NCBI GenBank assembly: GCA_963845755.1
Contig: CAWJTV010000035.1
Span: forward strand, 1 to 64,000
Direction: 5' to 3'
Source of the DNA: an uncultured Planctomycetota bacterium
GTDB lineage: Bacteria; Planctomycetota; Planctomycetia; Isosphaerales; Isosphaeraceae
Length of the DNA stretch: 64,000 nucleotides
Positions 22,040-32,996 of the stretch are shown here, in pieces (the first letter of the stretch is position 1; each line of letters starts with the position of its first letter). Below the pieces are notes generated by a model. That model saw only the letters and a list, made by a program, of their open reading frames with translations, was not told where the DNA came from and ran no database searches. Position numbers and translations under genes: made by a program.

Positions 22040-22889
22040 CCTCAAGCGGCCTCTGATCGATCCATCTCATAGTTATCTGAGCATCCGTAGACAATGCGAA
22101 CTGCTGGGTCTCAACCGATCGAGCTACTATCTCCCACCGGCTGTCGAGTCGGAGGAGAACCTGCGCGTGATGCGGCTGATCGACGAGCAGTTCCTCAAAA
22201 CCCCGTTCTACGGCAGCCGGCGGATGACGGCGATTTTGGAGCGTTCTGGGGAGACGGTCAATCGCAAGCGGGTCCAGCGGCTCATGGCTTTGATGGGCCT
22301 GGAGGCGCTCTTCCCCAGGCCACGGACCACCACCATCGCATCGGACGCGCGGGTCTACCCGTACTTGCTCCGCGATCGGGTGCTGACCCACGTCAACGAG
22401 GTCTGGAGTTCAGACATCACATATATTCCGATGCGTCATGGTTTCATGTACCTGACGGCGGTGATCGACTGGTTCAGCCGGTATGTACTCTCGTGGCGGC
22501 TGTCGAATACCCTGGAGGGGCGATTCTGCCTGGAGGCCCTCGACGAGGCGTTGTCGCTGGGCCGGCCGGAGATCTTCAACACCGACCAGGGGTCCCAGTT
22601 CACGGCACAGGAGTACACCAGCCGCCTGGAGGAGGCCGGGATCGCGGTGAGCCGGGACGGTCGGGGGCGGGCGTTGGACAACGTGTTCGTGGAGCGGCTG
22701 TGGAGGAGTGTAAAATACGAAGACATATACATCAAAGAGTATGAACGAGTTCCAGAGCTAGAGTCGGGGCTGAGGTCCTACTTCTGGTTCTACGATGAGG
22801 AGCGTCCCCATCAATCACTCGATTACCGGACCCCAGGCGAGGTCCATCGGGCCGGGTTAAACGGAGGGCTGAAGGGGGAAAAGCCTTAA
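22023..22889 (+). CDS. IS3 transposase OrfB (integrase core, DDE), reached by -1 frameshift
   Basis: Motifs YGSRRM, WSSDITYI, AVIDWFSRYV, FNTDQGSQFT, DNVFVERLWRSVKYE, RPHQSL. Confidence 0.92.
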   Translation: MPAVADLKRPLIDPSHSYLSIRRQCELLGLNRSSYYLPPAVESEENLRVMRLIDEQFLKTPFYGSRRMTAILERSGETVNRKRVQRLMALMGLEALFPRPRTTTIASDARVYPYLLRDRVLTHVNEVWSSDITYIPMRHGFMYLTAVIDWFSRYVLSWRLSNTLEGRFCLEALDEALSLGRPEIFNTDQGSQFTAQEYTSRLEEAGIAVSRDGRGRALDNVFVERLWRSVKYEDIYIKEYERVPELESGLRSYFWFYDEERPHQSLDYRTPGEVHRAGLNGGLKGEKP

Positions 22890-23226
22890 CAAATGCAGGT
22901 GGCCTGAGTGGTCCACCTTTTGGGGTCCACTATAGTCTGAACTTCTCATCGGTCCTCGCACGATGATTCCACGACTTCGCCGGCCAATCGCCAATTCTCG
23001 TTGGACTCGGCAGCAAGTCCGGTCGCCAGCTTTTTTCATTTGCCGCCCGACATTCCCGAGGTTATCCTGTTTGACTGATGTCAGAGTCTCCTCCTGGCCT
23101 CATTAGATTCCGGTTCCATCGAAGCCCAATCGACGCTGAAGATCGAAAGGGGCACTCTTCTTGACATTGGCCGGGAACCCAGGTGAGACCTGAGACAGGC
23201 ATAAGACGAGATTCGAGGATCCGCAC

Positions 23227-24243
23227 ATGAGCGAATCGCAGACGCCCGACGAGGTGAAACAGCAGCTCGACCAGTTCCGCGCGGACTTCGAGGCGTTGCG
23301 AGCTGAGATCGGCAAGGTCATGGTCGGGCTTCGGGAGATCGTCGACGATACGCTGACGGCTCTGATCGCCGGGGGACATGTGTTGCTCGAAGGCGTTCCG
23401 GGGTTGGGCAAGACGCTGCTGGTCCGGACGCTGGCCGACGCGCTGCACCTGAAGTTCCAGCGGATCCAGTTCACGCCCGACCTGATGCCGGCCGATCTGA
23501 TCGGGACCAACGTCCTGCACGAAGCGCCCGAGAGCGGCGTCCGGCGGTTCGAGTTCCAGCGCGGGCCGGTGTTCGCCAACCTCGTACTGGCGGACGAGAT
23601 CAACCGGGCGACGCCCAAGACCCAGTCGGCCCTGCTCGAAGCCATGCAGGAGCGATCGGTGACCGTGGCGGGGACGACACACTTGCTGGAACCTCCGTTC
23701 TTCGTCCTGGCGACCCAGAACCCACTCGAGATGGAAGGGACCTACCCCCTCCCGGAAGCCCAGCTCGACCGGTTCTTCTACAAACTCCTCGTGAAGTTCC
23801 CGACGTCGGAGGAGATGGAGATGATCCTCGATCGGACAACCGAGGCGTACCTGCCCCACGCCGAGCCGATCTTCGACGGCCGGCGCATCGTTGAGCTCTC
23901 CCAGCTCGCGCGGCAGATTCCGATCGCCGACGAGCTGCGGCGCTATGCAATCGCCCTGGTCCTGGCGACTCATCCCGAGAACAGCCGCGCGACCGACATG
24001 GCCAAACGATTCGTCCGCTACGGGTCCAGTCCCCGAGGCGCGCAGGCCCTCATCCTGGGCGCCAAGATCCGCGCCATCCTCGACCAACGCTACCATGTGG
24101 CCCGCGAAGACCTCCGCGCCACCGCTCACGCCGCTCTCCGCCATCGCCTGATCCTGAACTTCGAAGGCCAGGCCGAGAATATCCAGGCCGATGACATCAT
24201 CGACGACCTGCTGCGGTCGGTGTCGGTCGCTGTAGCGGCCTGA
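23227..24243 (+). CDS. moxR: MoxR-family AAA+ ATPase
   Basis: GHVLLEGVPGLGKT, RIQFTPDLMPADLIG, LADEINRATPKTQSALLEAMQE, ATQNPLEMEGTYPLPEAQLDRF. Confidence 0.95.
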   Translation: MSESQTPDEVKQQLDQFRADFEALRAEIGKVMVGLREIVDDTLTALIAGGHVLLEGVPGLGKTLLVRTLADALHLKFQRIQFTPDLMPADLIGTNVLHEAPESGVRRFEFQRGPVFANLVLADEINRATPKTQSALLEAMQERSVTVAGTTHLLEPPFFVLATQNPLEMEGTYPLPEAQLDRFFYKLLVKFPTSEEMEMILDRTTEAYLPHAEPIFDGRRIVELSQLARQIPIADELRRYAIALVLATHPENSRATDMAKRFVRYGSSPRGAQALILGAKIRAILDQRYHVAREDLRATAHAALRHRLILNFEGQAENIQADDIIDDLLRSVSVAVAA

Positions 24244-24289
24244 GTGAGGTTGAGTGCGCAGGATATTTCTGGGGAGCGAGAGTGGCTCG

Positions 24290-25168
24290 ATGGCCCTGTT
24301 CGATTCCGACTTCCTGAAGAAGCTCGAGTACCTCTCGCTGGTCTCGCGGCGGGTATTTCGCGGCCAGCTCCTGGCGCAGCGGCGGACCATGCAACTCGGC
24401 GGTGGCATCGAGTTCGCCGACCATCGCGAGTACACGCCCGGCGACGATTTTCGTTACCTCGACTGGAACGTGTTCGCACGTCACGATGAGCTCTTGCTCA
24501 AGCGGTTCCAGGAAGAGGAAGACCTGCACGTCTACTTGCTCCTGGATTGTTCGCGGAGCATGGCGTTTGGCGATCCGCCCAAGTTCGACTACGCGCGGCA
24601 AGTGGCCGCGGCGCTGGGATACATCGCGCTGGCGGACCTCGACCGCGTGGCGGTCGTGGCCTTTGCGGGGGACATCGCGGCCGATTTCCCGCTCACGCGC
24701 GGCAAGGGCCGGATCCTGGCGATGCTCAAGTTCCTCGAAGGGCTCGAACCTCAGGGGAGCGTGACCGACCTGGCGCGCGTGGTAAAGAACTTCGTCCATC
24801 GGGGCCAGCGGCGGGGCCTGGTCGTCGTGTTGAGCGACCTGTTCGACCCGAAGGGTTTTCAGGCGGGGCTGGATCTGCTGCGGCATCATCGCCACGAGCC
24901 GCATGTCGTGCAGATCTGCGACCCCCGCGAGGCCAACCCCGGCATCAAGGGCGACGTCGAGCTGCTCGACGTCGAGACCGACGCGATCCGGAAGGTCACG
25001 ATCACCGAGCGGAACCTCCGGCAGTACCGGAAGATCTTCGCCGCGTTCCTCGAATCGGTGCGGACCTATTGCAACGCCTATGGGATCGGCGGGACGCTCG
25101 CATCGACCGAGGTCCCCTTCGACGAACTGCTGCTCCGGATGATGCGGGCGGCGGGAGCGCTGGCATGA
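24290..25168 (+). CDS. DUF58 domain protein
   Basis: GIEFADHREYTPGDDFRYLDWN, LLDCSRSM, VVLSDLFD; directly follows moxR. Confidence 0.92.
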   Translation: MALFDSDFLKKLEYLSLVSRRVFRGQLLAQRRTMQLGGGIEFADHREYTPGDDFRYLDWNVFARHDELLLKRFQEEEDLHVYLLLDCSRSMAFGDPPKFDYARQVAAALGYIALADLDRVAVVAFAGDIAADFPLTRGKGRILAMLKFLEGLEPQGSVTDLARVVKNFVHRGQRRGLVVVLSDLFDPKGFQAGLDLLRHHRHEPHVVQICDPREANPGIKGDVELLDVETDAIRKVTITERNLRQYRKIFAAFLESVRTYCNAYGIGGTLASTEVPFDELLLRMMRAAGALA

Positions 25169-27082
25169 GCCTGGTTCATCCGGCGGCATTGTTCCTCGGC
25201 GCACTGGCGATCCCGATTGTCGTCTTCTATATCCTGAAGATCCGGCTGCGTCGGGTTCCTGTCTCGACGTTGCTCTTCTGGGAGCAAATCTTCGAGGAGA
25301 AGAAGCCGCGCTCGCTGTGGCAGCGGCTGAGGCACTGGATCTCGCTGCTGCTCCAACTGGCGTTCCTGGCGCTCCTGGTCTTCGCCGTGGGCGACCCGAT
25401 CTTCCGATGGCAGCAGGCGCGGGCGCGCCGGGTTGTGCTCGTCGTGGACAACTCGGCGAGCATGGAGGCCGGCGATGTGCTGCCGAACCGGCTGGAGGCG
25501 GCCAAGACGCAGGGGCGGCGGCTGATCGACGGCATGCGGCTGGGGGACGAGCTGGCAATCATCGTCGCGGAGCCCTCGCCGCGGGTCGCCTGCGGACTGA
25601 CCGACCACGCCGCGCACTCTCCGCGAGGCGCTCGACTCGATCGCGCCGGGCGCCGGGCCGACTCGCGTTGCGGAGGCCGTGACCCTGGCGCGCCGGCTCC
25701 TTTCCGGCACCGACAAAGTGCGCCGCGCCGTCGTGCTCAGCGACGGCGGATTCGAAGGTGCCGCGGATCTCGCCCGCCAGGATGATATCGAATTTATTCC
25801 GATCGGGTCCAGGATCGGCAACGTCGGGATCACCCAGCTCCAGGCGCGGCGCAGCCTGCTCGACCCGATCGGCTATGAGATTCTCGTCGAGGTCGCCAAT
25901 GACTCGGACGAGGAGGTCTCCTGCCGGCTGGAACTCGACCTCGAGGAGGACCCGATCGACGTCGTCCCGCTCAAGCTCAAGCCCGGGGAGCACAAGGTCG
26001 AGGTGTTCGAGAAGACGTCGGCCGAAGGCGGTCATCTCCGCGCGCGGATCGATCGGTCTGATTCGCTGACCGCCGACAACACCGCCTGGGCGATCCTCCC
26101 GCGACGATCGCGGCGGAAAGTCACGCTCATCACCACGGGGAACGTCTTCCTCGAAAAAGTGTTCGAGGCGATTCCGCTGGTTGACCTGGAGGTCCTCAGG
26201 CCGCGCGAAGATCAACCGCTGCCCGCCCCGAAGCCGGCGCCCGCGGGCCATGAAGGATTGCCGGTCGTCGTTTACCATCGCGCGGTGCCCGAGACTCTGC
26301 CAGCGGGGAATGTTCTCGTCATCGAGCCGATCCGATCAGGCCCCCTGTGGCAGTTGGGTGACGTACTGCACAACCCCGTCGTCGCAAAGCAGGACAAAGA
26401 GTCACCCTTGATGGCCCATATCCGGCTCGATAACGTTCTGATGCCCGAGGCCAAGAAACTGACGATCACGGCCAGGTCCCAGGTGCTGGCCGAGTCGGCG
26501 TCGGGCGATCCGCTCTACGCAGTGCTGGATCGGCCGGTCGGAGAAGGCTCAGGAAAGATCGCTGTCCTCTCGGTCGACCTCGACAAGAGCGACCTGCCGC
26601 TTCAGACCGTGTTCCCCATCCTGATGACGAACCTGATGAGCTGGTTCGGCGGGACCAAGGGCGAGCTGCGCGAGTCGTTGCCGGCCGGCGCGGTCGCGGA
26701 GGTCGAGATTCCGGCGGAGCGGGGTCAGGGAGTCGAGTGGGTCTTGCGCAGTCCCGACGGCCGCGAACGGCCAATCCTGGTGCCGGAAGGTTCGACCAAG
26801 ATCACGGTTGGCCCACTCGACCACACTGGCGTCTGGGATGTCGTCCGCCGATCGGTGGGAAATGCCGGGCGAGGTCAGGGGAGCGACGTCGTGGCCGAGT
26901 TGGCCTGCAACCTGGCCGACCGTCGCGAGAGCGACTTGCGGCCCGTCGATGGTCTTCCCGAACGGTCCGGGAGCCTGGCCGCCGGTTGGGCCGTCCGGCC
27001 GATCTGGTACTATCTGTTAACCTCGGCCTGGCTGCTGATCTCCTGGGAGTGGTTGCTCTATCAGCGAAGGTGGATTGATTGA
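25165..27082 (+). CDS. BatA N-terminal + VWA domain membrane protein; frameshift near 25610
   Basis: MSLVHPAALFLGALAIPIVVFYILK...STLLFW (BatA-like), VVDNSASM and VLSDG (MIDAS), C-terminal TM ending EWLLYQRR. ATGA overlap with the DUF58 gene. Confidence 0.85.
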
Positions 27083-29733
27083 TGCTGTCCTTGCCGTTCC
27101 AGGTCCAGCTCGAGTTGACGCGACCCTGGTGGCTGCTGGGTTTGGCAGTCGTGCCGGCCCTGGTGTTCTACTTCTACCGTGGCCTGGTGGACTTCGTCCG
27201 TTGGCAGCGGGTCCTCTCGCTCCTGCTCCGTGGGGCGCTGGTGGTCTTGTTGATCCTGGCACTGGGAGGGCTGAGCCTCGTCCGGCCGACGCGCGAGCTG
27301 TTCGTCGTCTTCGCCCTGGACCGTAGTGAGAGCGTGGGCGAAGCGGGAACTCACGCGGTCGATGCGTACCTGAAGAAGGCGGCCGCGTATGCGGGCGCGA
27401 ACCGGTTCGCCGTGGTGCCCTTCGCCGCCGAACCGGGGAGTGTCCAAAATGGCCCCGAGGCCGTCAAGGAGCTCGAGGACGAACCGCGTAGAATCTCGGC
27501 GAATTCGACTCGTCCTTCATCCTTCATCCTTCATCCCTCTGAAGAAAAGGGGAGCGACCTGGCCACGGCACTCGAGGTGGCCGCCGCAGCGATTCCGCCG
27601 TTTTATGTTCCGCGGATCGTGCTCATCTCCGACGGCAATTCTACGGAGGGCGACGCCCTCAAGGCCGCCGCGTCGATGCGAGGGAAGGTCGAGGTGTCGA
27701 GCGTTCCCTTGCCGGGGCGGACCGAGCCCGAGGCGCAGCTATCGTCCGTGAATGCCCCGGCGCAGGTCCTTCAGGGAGAGCCGTTCAACGTCGAGATCCT
27801 GGTCAACAGCAACCACGATGACGACCAGGGGAAGATCGAGGTCTACCGGGGCGACCTCAAGGTCGCCGACCAGCCCGTCAAGCTCAAGGCGGGGGAGAAC
27901 CGTGTCGTTCTCAAGCAGACTGTGGATCTGGGCGGCCTGACGCCGATCACCGCGCGACTCAAGGGTTATCGCGATACACTCCTCGACAACAACAGCGATT
28001 TCGCGCTCGTCTCGGCCGCCGGCAAGCCGCGGGTGCTGCTGGTCGAGAGCGACCCCGATCAGGCCAAGCACCTGACCTGGTCTCTGGAAGAGCAGAACAT
28101 TCAGGTCAACGTCCGTCCGCCCCGCGGCGTGCCGGAGAACCTCGAGGAGTTGCAGAACTACGATCTCCTGATGCTCTCGAACGTACCGGCCACCGCGCTC
28201 GACCCTGCGCCAGATGGAGGTGGCCCGGACGTACGTTCGCGACCTGGGCGGCGGCCTGATCATGCTCGGCGGCGACCAGTCGTTCGGCCTCGGCGGCTAT
28301 TACAAGAGCTCGCTGGAGGAGATCCTGCCGGTTCGCAGCGATTTCGAAAAGAGAAAGAAAAGCCCAGCCTGGCGATGATGCTGGTGATCGACAAGTCCGG
28401 CTCGATGGGCGGAGAGAAGATCGAGATGGCCAAGGAGGCGGCGCGGGCGGCTGTCGAGCTGCTGGGGCCCAGCGACAAGGTCGGTGTGCTCGCATTCGAA
28501 GGCGAGAACTTCTGGGTCAGCGAGCTGCACCCGTGTACCGATAAAGGCTTCATCCTCGACCGGATCGCGGGCCTTGAGGCCGGCGGCGGTACGGTGATGG
28601 CTCCGGCCATGGAGGAGGCACACGAGACCTTGAGGTCGGCCGTGGCCAAGCTCAAACACATGATCATTCTCACCGACGGCATTTCCGCACCGGGCGACTT
28701 CGAGGGGATCGCGCAGGCGATCGGCGCCGATCGGATCACGGTCTCCACGGTCGCGCTGGGGGGAGACGCCGACCAGAATCTGCTCGAGGAGATCGCCAGG
28801 CTGGGCAACGGCCGGTTCTACCTCGCCGACGATGCCGCCCAGGTGCCGCAGATCTTCGCCAAGGAGACGGTGACGGCCAGCAAGTCGGCGATCAACGAGC
28901 AGCCGTTCTCGCCGGCCCTGGTCCGCCCGACCCAGGTGCTATCGGAGATCCGGCTGGACGAGGCCCCGTTCCTGCTGGGGTACGTCGTGACTCGCCCGAA
29001 GCCGACCGCCGAGGTGATCCTCGCGACCGAGTCGGGCGACCCGCTCCTGGCCTGGTGGCGCTACGGCCTGGGGATCAGTGCGGCCTTCACGTCCGATGCC
29101 AAGTCCCGATGGGCAGCCGAGTGGCTGAGCTGGCCGCAGTTCGGCCAGTTCTGGGCGCAGGTCGTTCGTCATTCGCTGCGGAAATCCGAGGCCAAGGGTG
29201 CGCTCGTTCAGCTCGCGCGGAAGGGAGGCAGGGCAGTTGTCTCGATCGACGCCATCGAGCAGCCGTCGGGCCGGTTCCTCAACCGTGCCACGACCGAGCT
29301 GACCCTGGTCAACCCGCAGCTCAACACCAAGAAGATCCCGATGCCCCAGGTGGCACCCGGTCGTTACCAGGCCGACATCGATACTACACGGCAGGGGACC
29401 TATCAACTCATGTTCAGCCAGACCAAGGACTCGCAGCTCGTGGGCCGCCAGACGCGCGGGCTGGCCGTGGGCTATCCGGACGAGCTGCGGCTGCGTCCGC
29501 CGAACACCGAGCTTTTGCGATCGATCGCCGGGGCGACGGGCGGCCAGTTCGACCCGAAACCCGAGGCCGTCTTCGACGTCCCGGAGCGAACGGCTCCGCG
29601 GGCCGAGCCGCTGTGGCCCTACCTGGCCACCGCCGCGGCGTTTCTGTTCGTGCTCGATGTGGCACTACGTCGCATTGATTTGACACTATTGGGACGGCGG
29701 CGGCGGATCCCGCTTCCCGTCAGGGCAAGTTGA
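27082..29733 (+). CDS. Double VWA / glutamine-amidotransferase-like membrane protein; two compensating indels at ~28200 and ~28348
   Basis: DRSES and DKSGSM MIDAS motifs, ISDG and LTDG. The alternative frame at 28200-28348 reads GGGLIMLGGDQSFGLGGY...LEEILPV. WRYGLG...FTSD...W motif. Confidence 0.85.
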   Translation: MLSLPFQVQLELTRPWWLLGLAVVPALVFYFYRGLVDFVRWQRVLSLLLRGALVVLLILALGGLSLVRPTRELFVVFALDRSESVGEAGTHAVDAYLKKAAAYAGANRFAVVPFAAEPGSVQNGPEAVKELEDEPRRISANSTRPSSFILHPSEEKGSDLATALEVAAAAIPPFYVPRIVLISDGNSTEGDALKAAASMRGKVEVSSVPLPGRTEPEAQLSSVNAPAQVLQGEPFNVEILVNSNHDDDQGKIEVYRGDLKVADQPVKLKAGENRVVLKQTVDLGGLTPITARLKGYRDTLLDNNSDFALVSAAGKPRVLLVESDPDQAKHLTWSLEEQNIQVNVRPPRGVPENLEELQNYDLLMLSNVPATALDPAPDGGGPDVRSRPGRRPDHARRRPVVRPRRLLQELAGGDPAGSQRFRKEKEKPSLAMMLVIDKSGSMGGEKIEMAKEAARAAVELLGPSDKVGVLAFEGENFWVSELHPCTDKGFILDRIAGLEAGGGTVMAPAMEEAHETLRSAVAKLKHMIILTDGISAPGDFEGIAQAIGADRITVSTVALGGDADQNLLEEIARLGNGRFYLADDAAQVPQIFAKETVTASKSAINEQPFSPALVRPTQVLSEIRLDEAPFLLGYVVTRPKPTAEVILATESGDPLLAWWRYGLGISAAFTSDAKSRWAAEWLSWPQFGQFWAQVVRHSLRKSEAKGALVQLARKGGRAVVSIDAIEQPSGRFLNRATTELTLVNPQLNTKKIPMPQVAPGRYQADIDTTRQGTYQLMFSQTKDSQLVGRQTRGLAVGYPDELRLRPPNTELLRSIAGATGGQFDPKPEAVFDVPERTAPRAEPLWPYLATAAAFLFVLDVALRRIDLTLLGRRRRIPLPVRAS
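27514..27536 (+). repeat. (CCTTCAT)3 heptamer repeat inside the VWA gene
   Basis: ccttcatccttcatccttcatcc, translated as PSSFILHPS. Confidence 0.7.
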
Positions 29734-29835
29734 TCGTACAATCGTCCGAAACTGGGAGTTGCGAGTTGTGAGTGAAGAGCAGACCTGTCGAATTGGTTAC
29801 TTCGTGAGCCACTCGTAGCTTGGGGAGCATATTCC

Positions 29836-31327
29836 ATGGGCGAGCATATCTTGGCGAAGCTCGAGCCGGTGCGACGTCGGCAACTGAGGCGGGAATTGCT
29901 CCGCTTCGCGGCCCTGGGGCTGTTGGCGAGTTCCCTCGTTGGGATCGGGCTCGCCGTACCGCGTTGGCAGGGGCCCAGCACGGGTGCCGCTACGGTCTGG
30001 GCGGCGCTGGCGATTGTTCTCGCCGGCCCGGCACTCGGGGCGATCCTGGGGCTGACTCGCGGTCGATCCGCCCGCGCGGCGGCCGCGGCCGTCGATGCTC
30101 ATTACGATTTGAAGGACCGGGCTGTCTCCGCGGTTGACTTCGTCGGCCGCACGCGGTCAACGACGCTCCACGCCCTCCAACTCGCCGACGCCGAGCATCA
30201 TCTTCAGGGACTCGACCCGCGCCGCGTGGTGCCGTTCCGTATTCCGATCGCCATGCCGTTCGCCGCCGTCGCCGCCATCGTGGCGCTAGGATTGCTCTTC
30301 TGGCCGCGGCCTGCCGCCGTTCAGGCAAGGAGCCCCGAGCCGCTGGAGAACGTCCTGTCCGCCGCCGAGGAGGCTGAGGAGAGCCTCGAAGAGCTCGACG
30401 AGGCCGCCAGGCGGGAGAACGACCCGAGCCTCAAAGAGTTGGTCCAGAACCTCAACGAGTCGATCGAGCAAATGAAGCTGCCGGGCGTGGACGTCAAGGA
30501 GGCCCTGGCCAAGCTCTCCGAGATGCAAGCGGCGATCTCGGCCCAGCAGGCCCAGTTTAACGTCGGGCTGGTCAACACGCAGATGCAGGCCGCTGGGTGA
30601 GGCCCTGGCATCCACGCAATCGCTCGACGGCGCCGGTCAGTCACTCCAGCTCGGCAATTACGACAGGGCCGCCGATCAACTCGAACAGGCCGACCCCAAG
30701 TTCGACCGCAAGGAAGTCAAAAACCTCAAGGAGAAACTGAGTCAGGCCGCCAAGCAGATGGAAGAGGCCGGACTGGCCGACCTGAGCACCACGACGACCC
30801 AACTCGCCGAATCGCTCGAGGACGAAGGGGCGCTCGCCAGCTCCCTCAAGAAGCTCAGCAACCTGGCCCGCGCCCAGGGGCGCCGCAAACGGATCAACGA
30901 CCTGCTAACCATGCAGAACCGGAACCTCGGGGAATGTAAGGGCAACTGCCAGAAGAATAGCACGGCTCGCATCCGCCTCCGCAAGAAGTCGACGAAGCCC
31001 AGCAGCAACTGGAGCATGAAGATCAGCGGCAATACGGACGGGGACAAGACGAAGCTCGACTCGGGCCGCAAGCGGGAACAGATCCAGGGTCAGATGGGTG
31101 AAGGCGACTCCGAGACCGAGACCACCCACATGCCCGAAGGCCGCCAGACCGCCGCTCGGACCTACCGCGAGCAGTATCAGAAATACCGTCGACTGACCGA
31201 GGCCGCGCTCAATTCCGAGCCGATCCCCCTGGGCCATCGCCAGACGATCCGGAAGTACTTCGAGCTGATCCGGCCCCAGGGCGACGAGACCGAGAAAGCC
31301 GCCGTTCCCGACGACGCAAAGAAATAA
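29836..31327 (+). CDS. Membrane-anchored coiled-coil protein of the MoxR/VWA operon; frameshift near 30590
   Basis: ORFs 29836..30600 and 30758..31327 are collinear. N-terminal TMs, AVDAHYDLKDRAVSA, C-terminal EPIPLGHRQTIRKYF. Confidence 0.75.
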
Positions 31328-31449
31328 TGGGAATCGAGTCTGTCGCCTCGATACCGGGCTGATGCGCTTCAAATGTCGCAACGAAGCCCGCTGAGCGTCC
31401 AGCCGCCTCGGCGCGGAGGCGGGCGGGACGATGGGAATTGGGACGGTTT

Positions 31450-32397
31450 TCATGCGCTGGCGTCGTCGAGTCGCCGGATCGTCGCTGCGTCCAGTTCGAG
31501 CCGGGCACCCTCGATCAGATCGTGGAGTTGTTCGAGACGGGTGGCGCTCGCAATCGGTGCCGTGACGGTCGGCCGTGCGGCGAGCCAGGCGATCGCGACT
31601 CGCGTCGGGTTGGCATGGTACTGAGCGGCCGCCTCGTCGAGGGCTTTCAGGATGCGGAAGCCATGGTCGTTCACGTACTTCTTGACCGATTGGCCCCTGG
31701 CGCTCTTGGCGAGGTCTGCCTCCGATCGATATTTGCCGGTCAAGAACCCGCTGGCCAGCGAATAGTAGGGGATGACGCCAAGGCCGGCATCCCGGCAGAC
31801 CTTCTCCAGGTCCGGCTCGAACAAAGCGCGCTCGCAAAGGTTGTAGTGCGGCTGGAGGCACTGGAAGGCCGGGAGTCCCGTTTTCCGGCTCACCTCCAAC
31901 GACTCGGCCAGTCGCGCAGCGGAGTAGTTCGATGCCCCGATCGCCCGCACCTTGCCTTGCTCGATCAAGTCGCCGAACGCCCCGAGAGTCTCTTCCAGCG
32001 GCGTGGTCTCATCGTCCTTGTGTGACTGGTACAGGTCGATGTGATCGGTTTGAAGGCGTCTCAGGGAATCCTCGACCGCTTGGAGGATGTAGGCTCGGGA
32101 CAGGCCCTTCCTGTCCGGCCCCATCTCCATGCCGACCTTGGTCGCGACGATGACCTTATCGCGGTTGCCGCTCCGTTTCAGCCATCTCCCGAGGATCGTC
32201 TCGGACTCGCCGCCCTGGTTCCCCGGGGCCCATCGGGAATAAACGTCGGCAGTGTCAACGAGGTTGAAGCCAGCCGCTACGAAGCCGTCCAGGAGACGGA
32301 ACGACGTTGGCTCGTCGGCTGTCCAGCCAAAGACATTCCCGCCGAACGCCAGCGGTGCCACTTCAAGCCCGGAGTTTCCCACTTTGCGCATCTGCAT
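31450..32397 (-). CDS. Aldo/keto reductase
   Basis: DTADVYS, ESETILGRW, VATKVG, SLRRLQTDHIDLYQSH, GKVRAIGASN, PYYSLASGFLTGKY. Confidence 0.95.
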   Translation of the reverse strand: MQMRKVGNSGLEVAPLAFGGNVFGWTADEPTSFRLLDGFVAAGFNLVDTADVYSRWAPGNQGGESETILGRWLKRSGNRDKVIVATKVGMEMGPDRKGLSRAYILQAVEDSLRRLQTDHIDLYQSHKDDETTPLEETLGAFGDLIEQGKVRAIGASNYSAARLAESLEVSRKTGLPAFQCLQPHYNLCERALFEPDLEKVCRDAGLGVIPYYSLASGFLTGKYRSEADLAKSARGQSVKKYVNDHGFRILKALDEAAAQYHANPTRVAIAWLAARPTVTAPIASATRLEQLHDLIEGARLELDAATIRRLDDASA

Positions 32398-32570
32398 GGC
32401 CGACCTCTTGCATACGAACGCCTGGACGCTCACGGGTCCCGGACCATTCCCACTGTGTTCAGGATAGGGAATGGGAGTGCGGGTCGCAACAGAGCACCAT
32501 GCCGCGGGCTCGCGTCAGGGTCCGGGTTCACCGTGCGGAAGGCAAGTTTATCGATCGACCGCGGGAGTTC

Positions 32571-32912
32571 TTACAGCCGGAGCATAAGCATGGCCACGAT
32601 CATGACGAGCGCGATGATGGGCACGACGACCTTGGGATTCCACGGGACCCGCTGGAACCGGGAAGAGATGTGGTACCAGATGTCCTGTCGGGCCGACTCG
32701 ATTCGCTCGCCCATCGCGCTGAGGATCGGTGTCTGGATGGCAACGGGATTGCCCAGGATCTCGCACCATTGCCCGTAACAAAGCCAGACGAGCTCGATGA
32801 TGAGGGGCGTGAGAAGCGGTGCGAGCACGAAGATCGAAGCGATCGGCAGGAGTTTAGACCTGGTCCGGTCGGGCTTGAGGTCGGGAGCTAATGGAAGCGT
32901 ATTCTTGGCCAT
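32571..32912 (-). CDS. Small two-TM hypothetical protein at the end of the tad cluster
   Basis: Two hydrophobic segments; same strand as and directly downstream of tadC. Confidence 0.6.
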   Translation of the reverse strand: MAKNTLPLAPDLKPDRTRSKLLPIASIFVLAPLLTPLIIELVWLCYGQWCEILGNPVAIQTPILSAMGERIESARQDIWYHISSRFQRVPWNPKVVVPIIALVMIVAMLMLRL

Positions 32913-32996
32913 GACTTGAGTTCTCGGGGGACGTATTGGGGGAGGCAGGTTGTCGGCCGGCCGCATCATCGCGGGAAGGGGGCCGAATTCGCGGAC

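Larger units (their letters stand above)
21673..22934 (+). mobile_element. IS3-family insertion sequence
   Basis: 29 bp imperfect IRs tgaggtggacccctaaaactggaccactc (21673-21701) and gagtggtccaccttttggggtccactata (22906-22934); orfA/orfB layout. Confidence 0.93.

Noticed and set aside
21668..22940. Exact target duplication for IS3
   Set aside because: The flanks read ATC and GTC, so a perfect TSD is not supported.
28200..28348. Odd Arg/Pro-rich insert in the 884 aa VWA ORF
   Set aside because: Explained by two compensating indels; the alternative frame gives the expected GGGLIMLGGDQSFGLGGY sequence.
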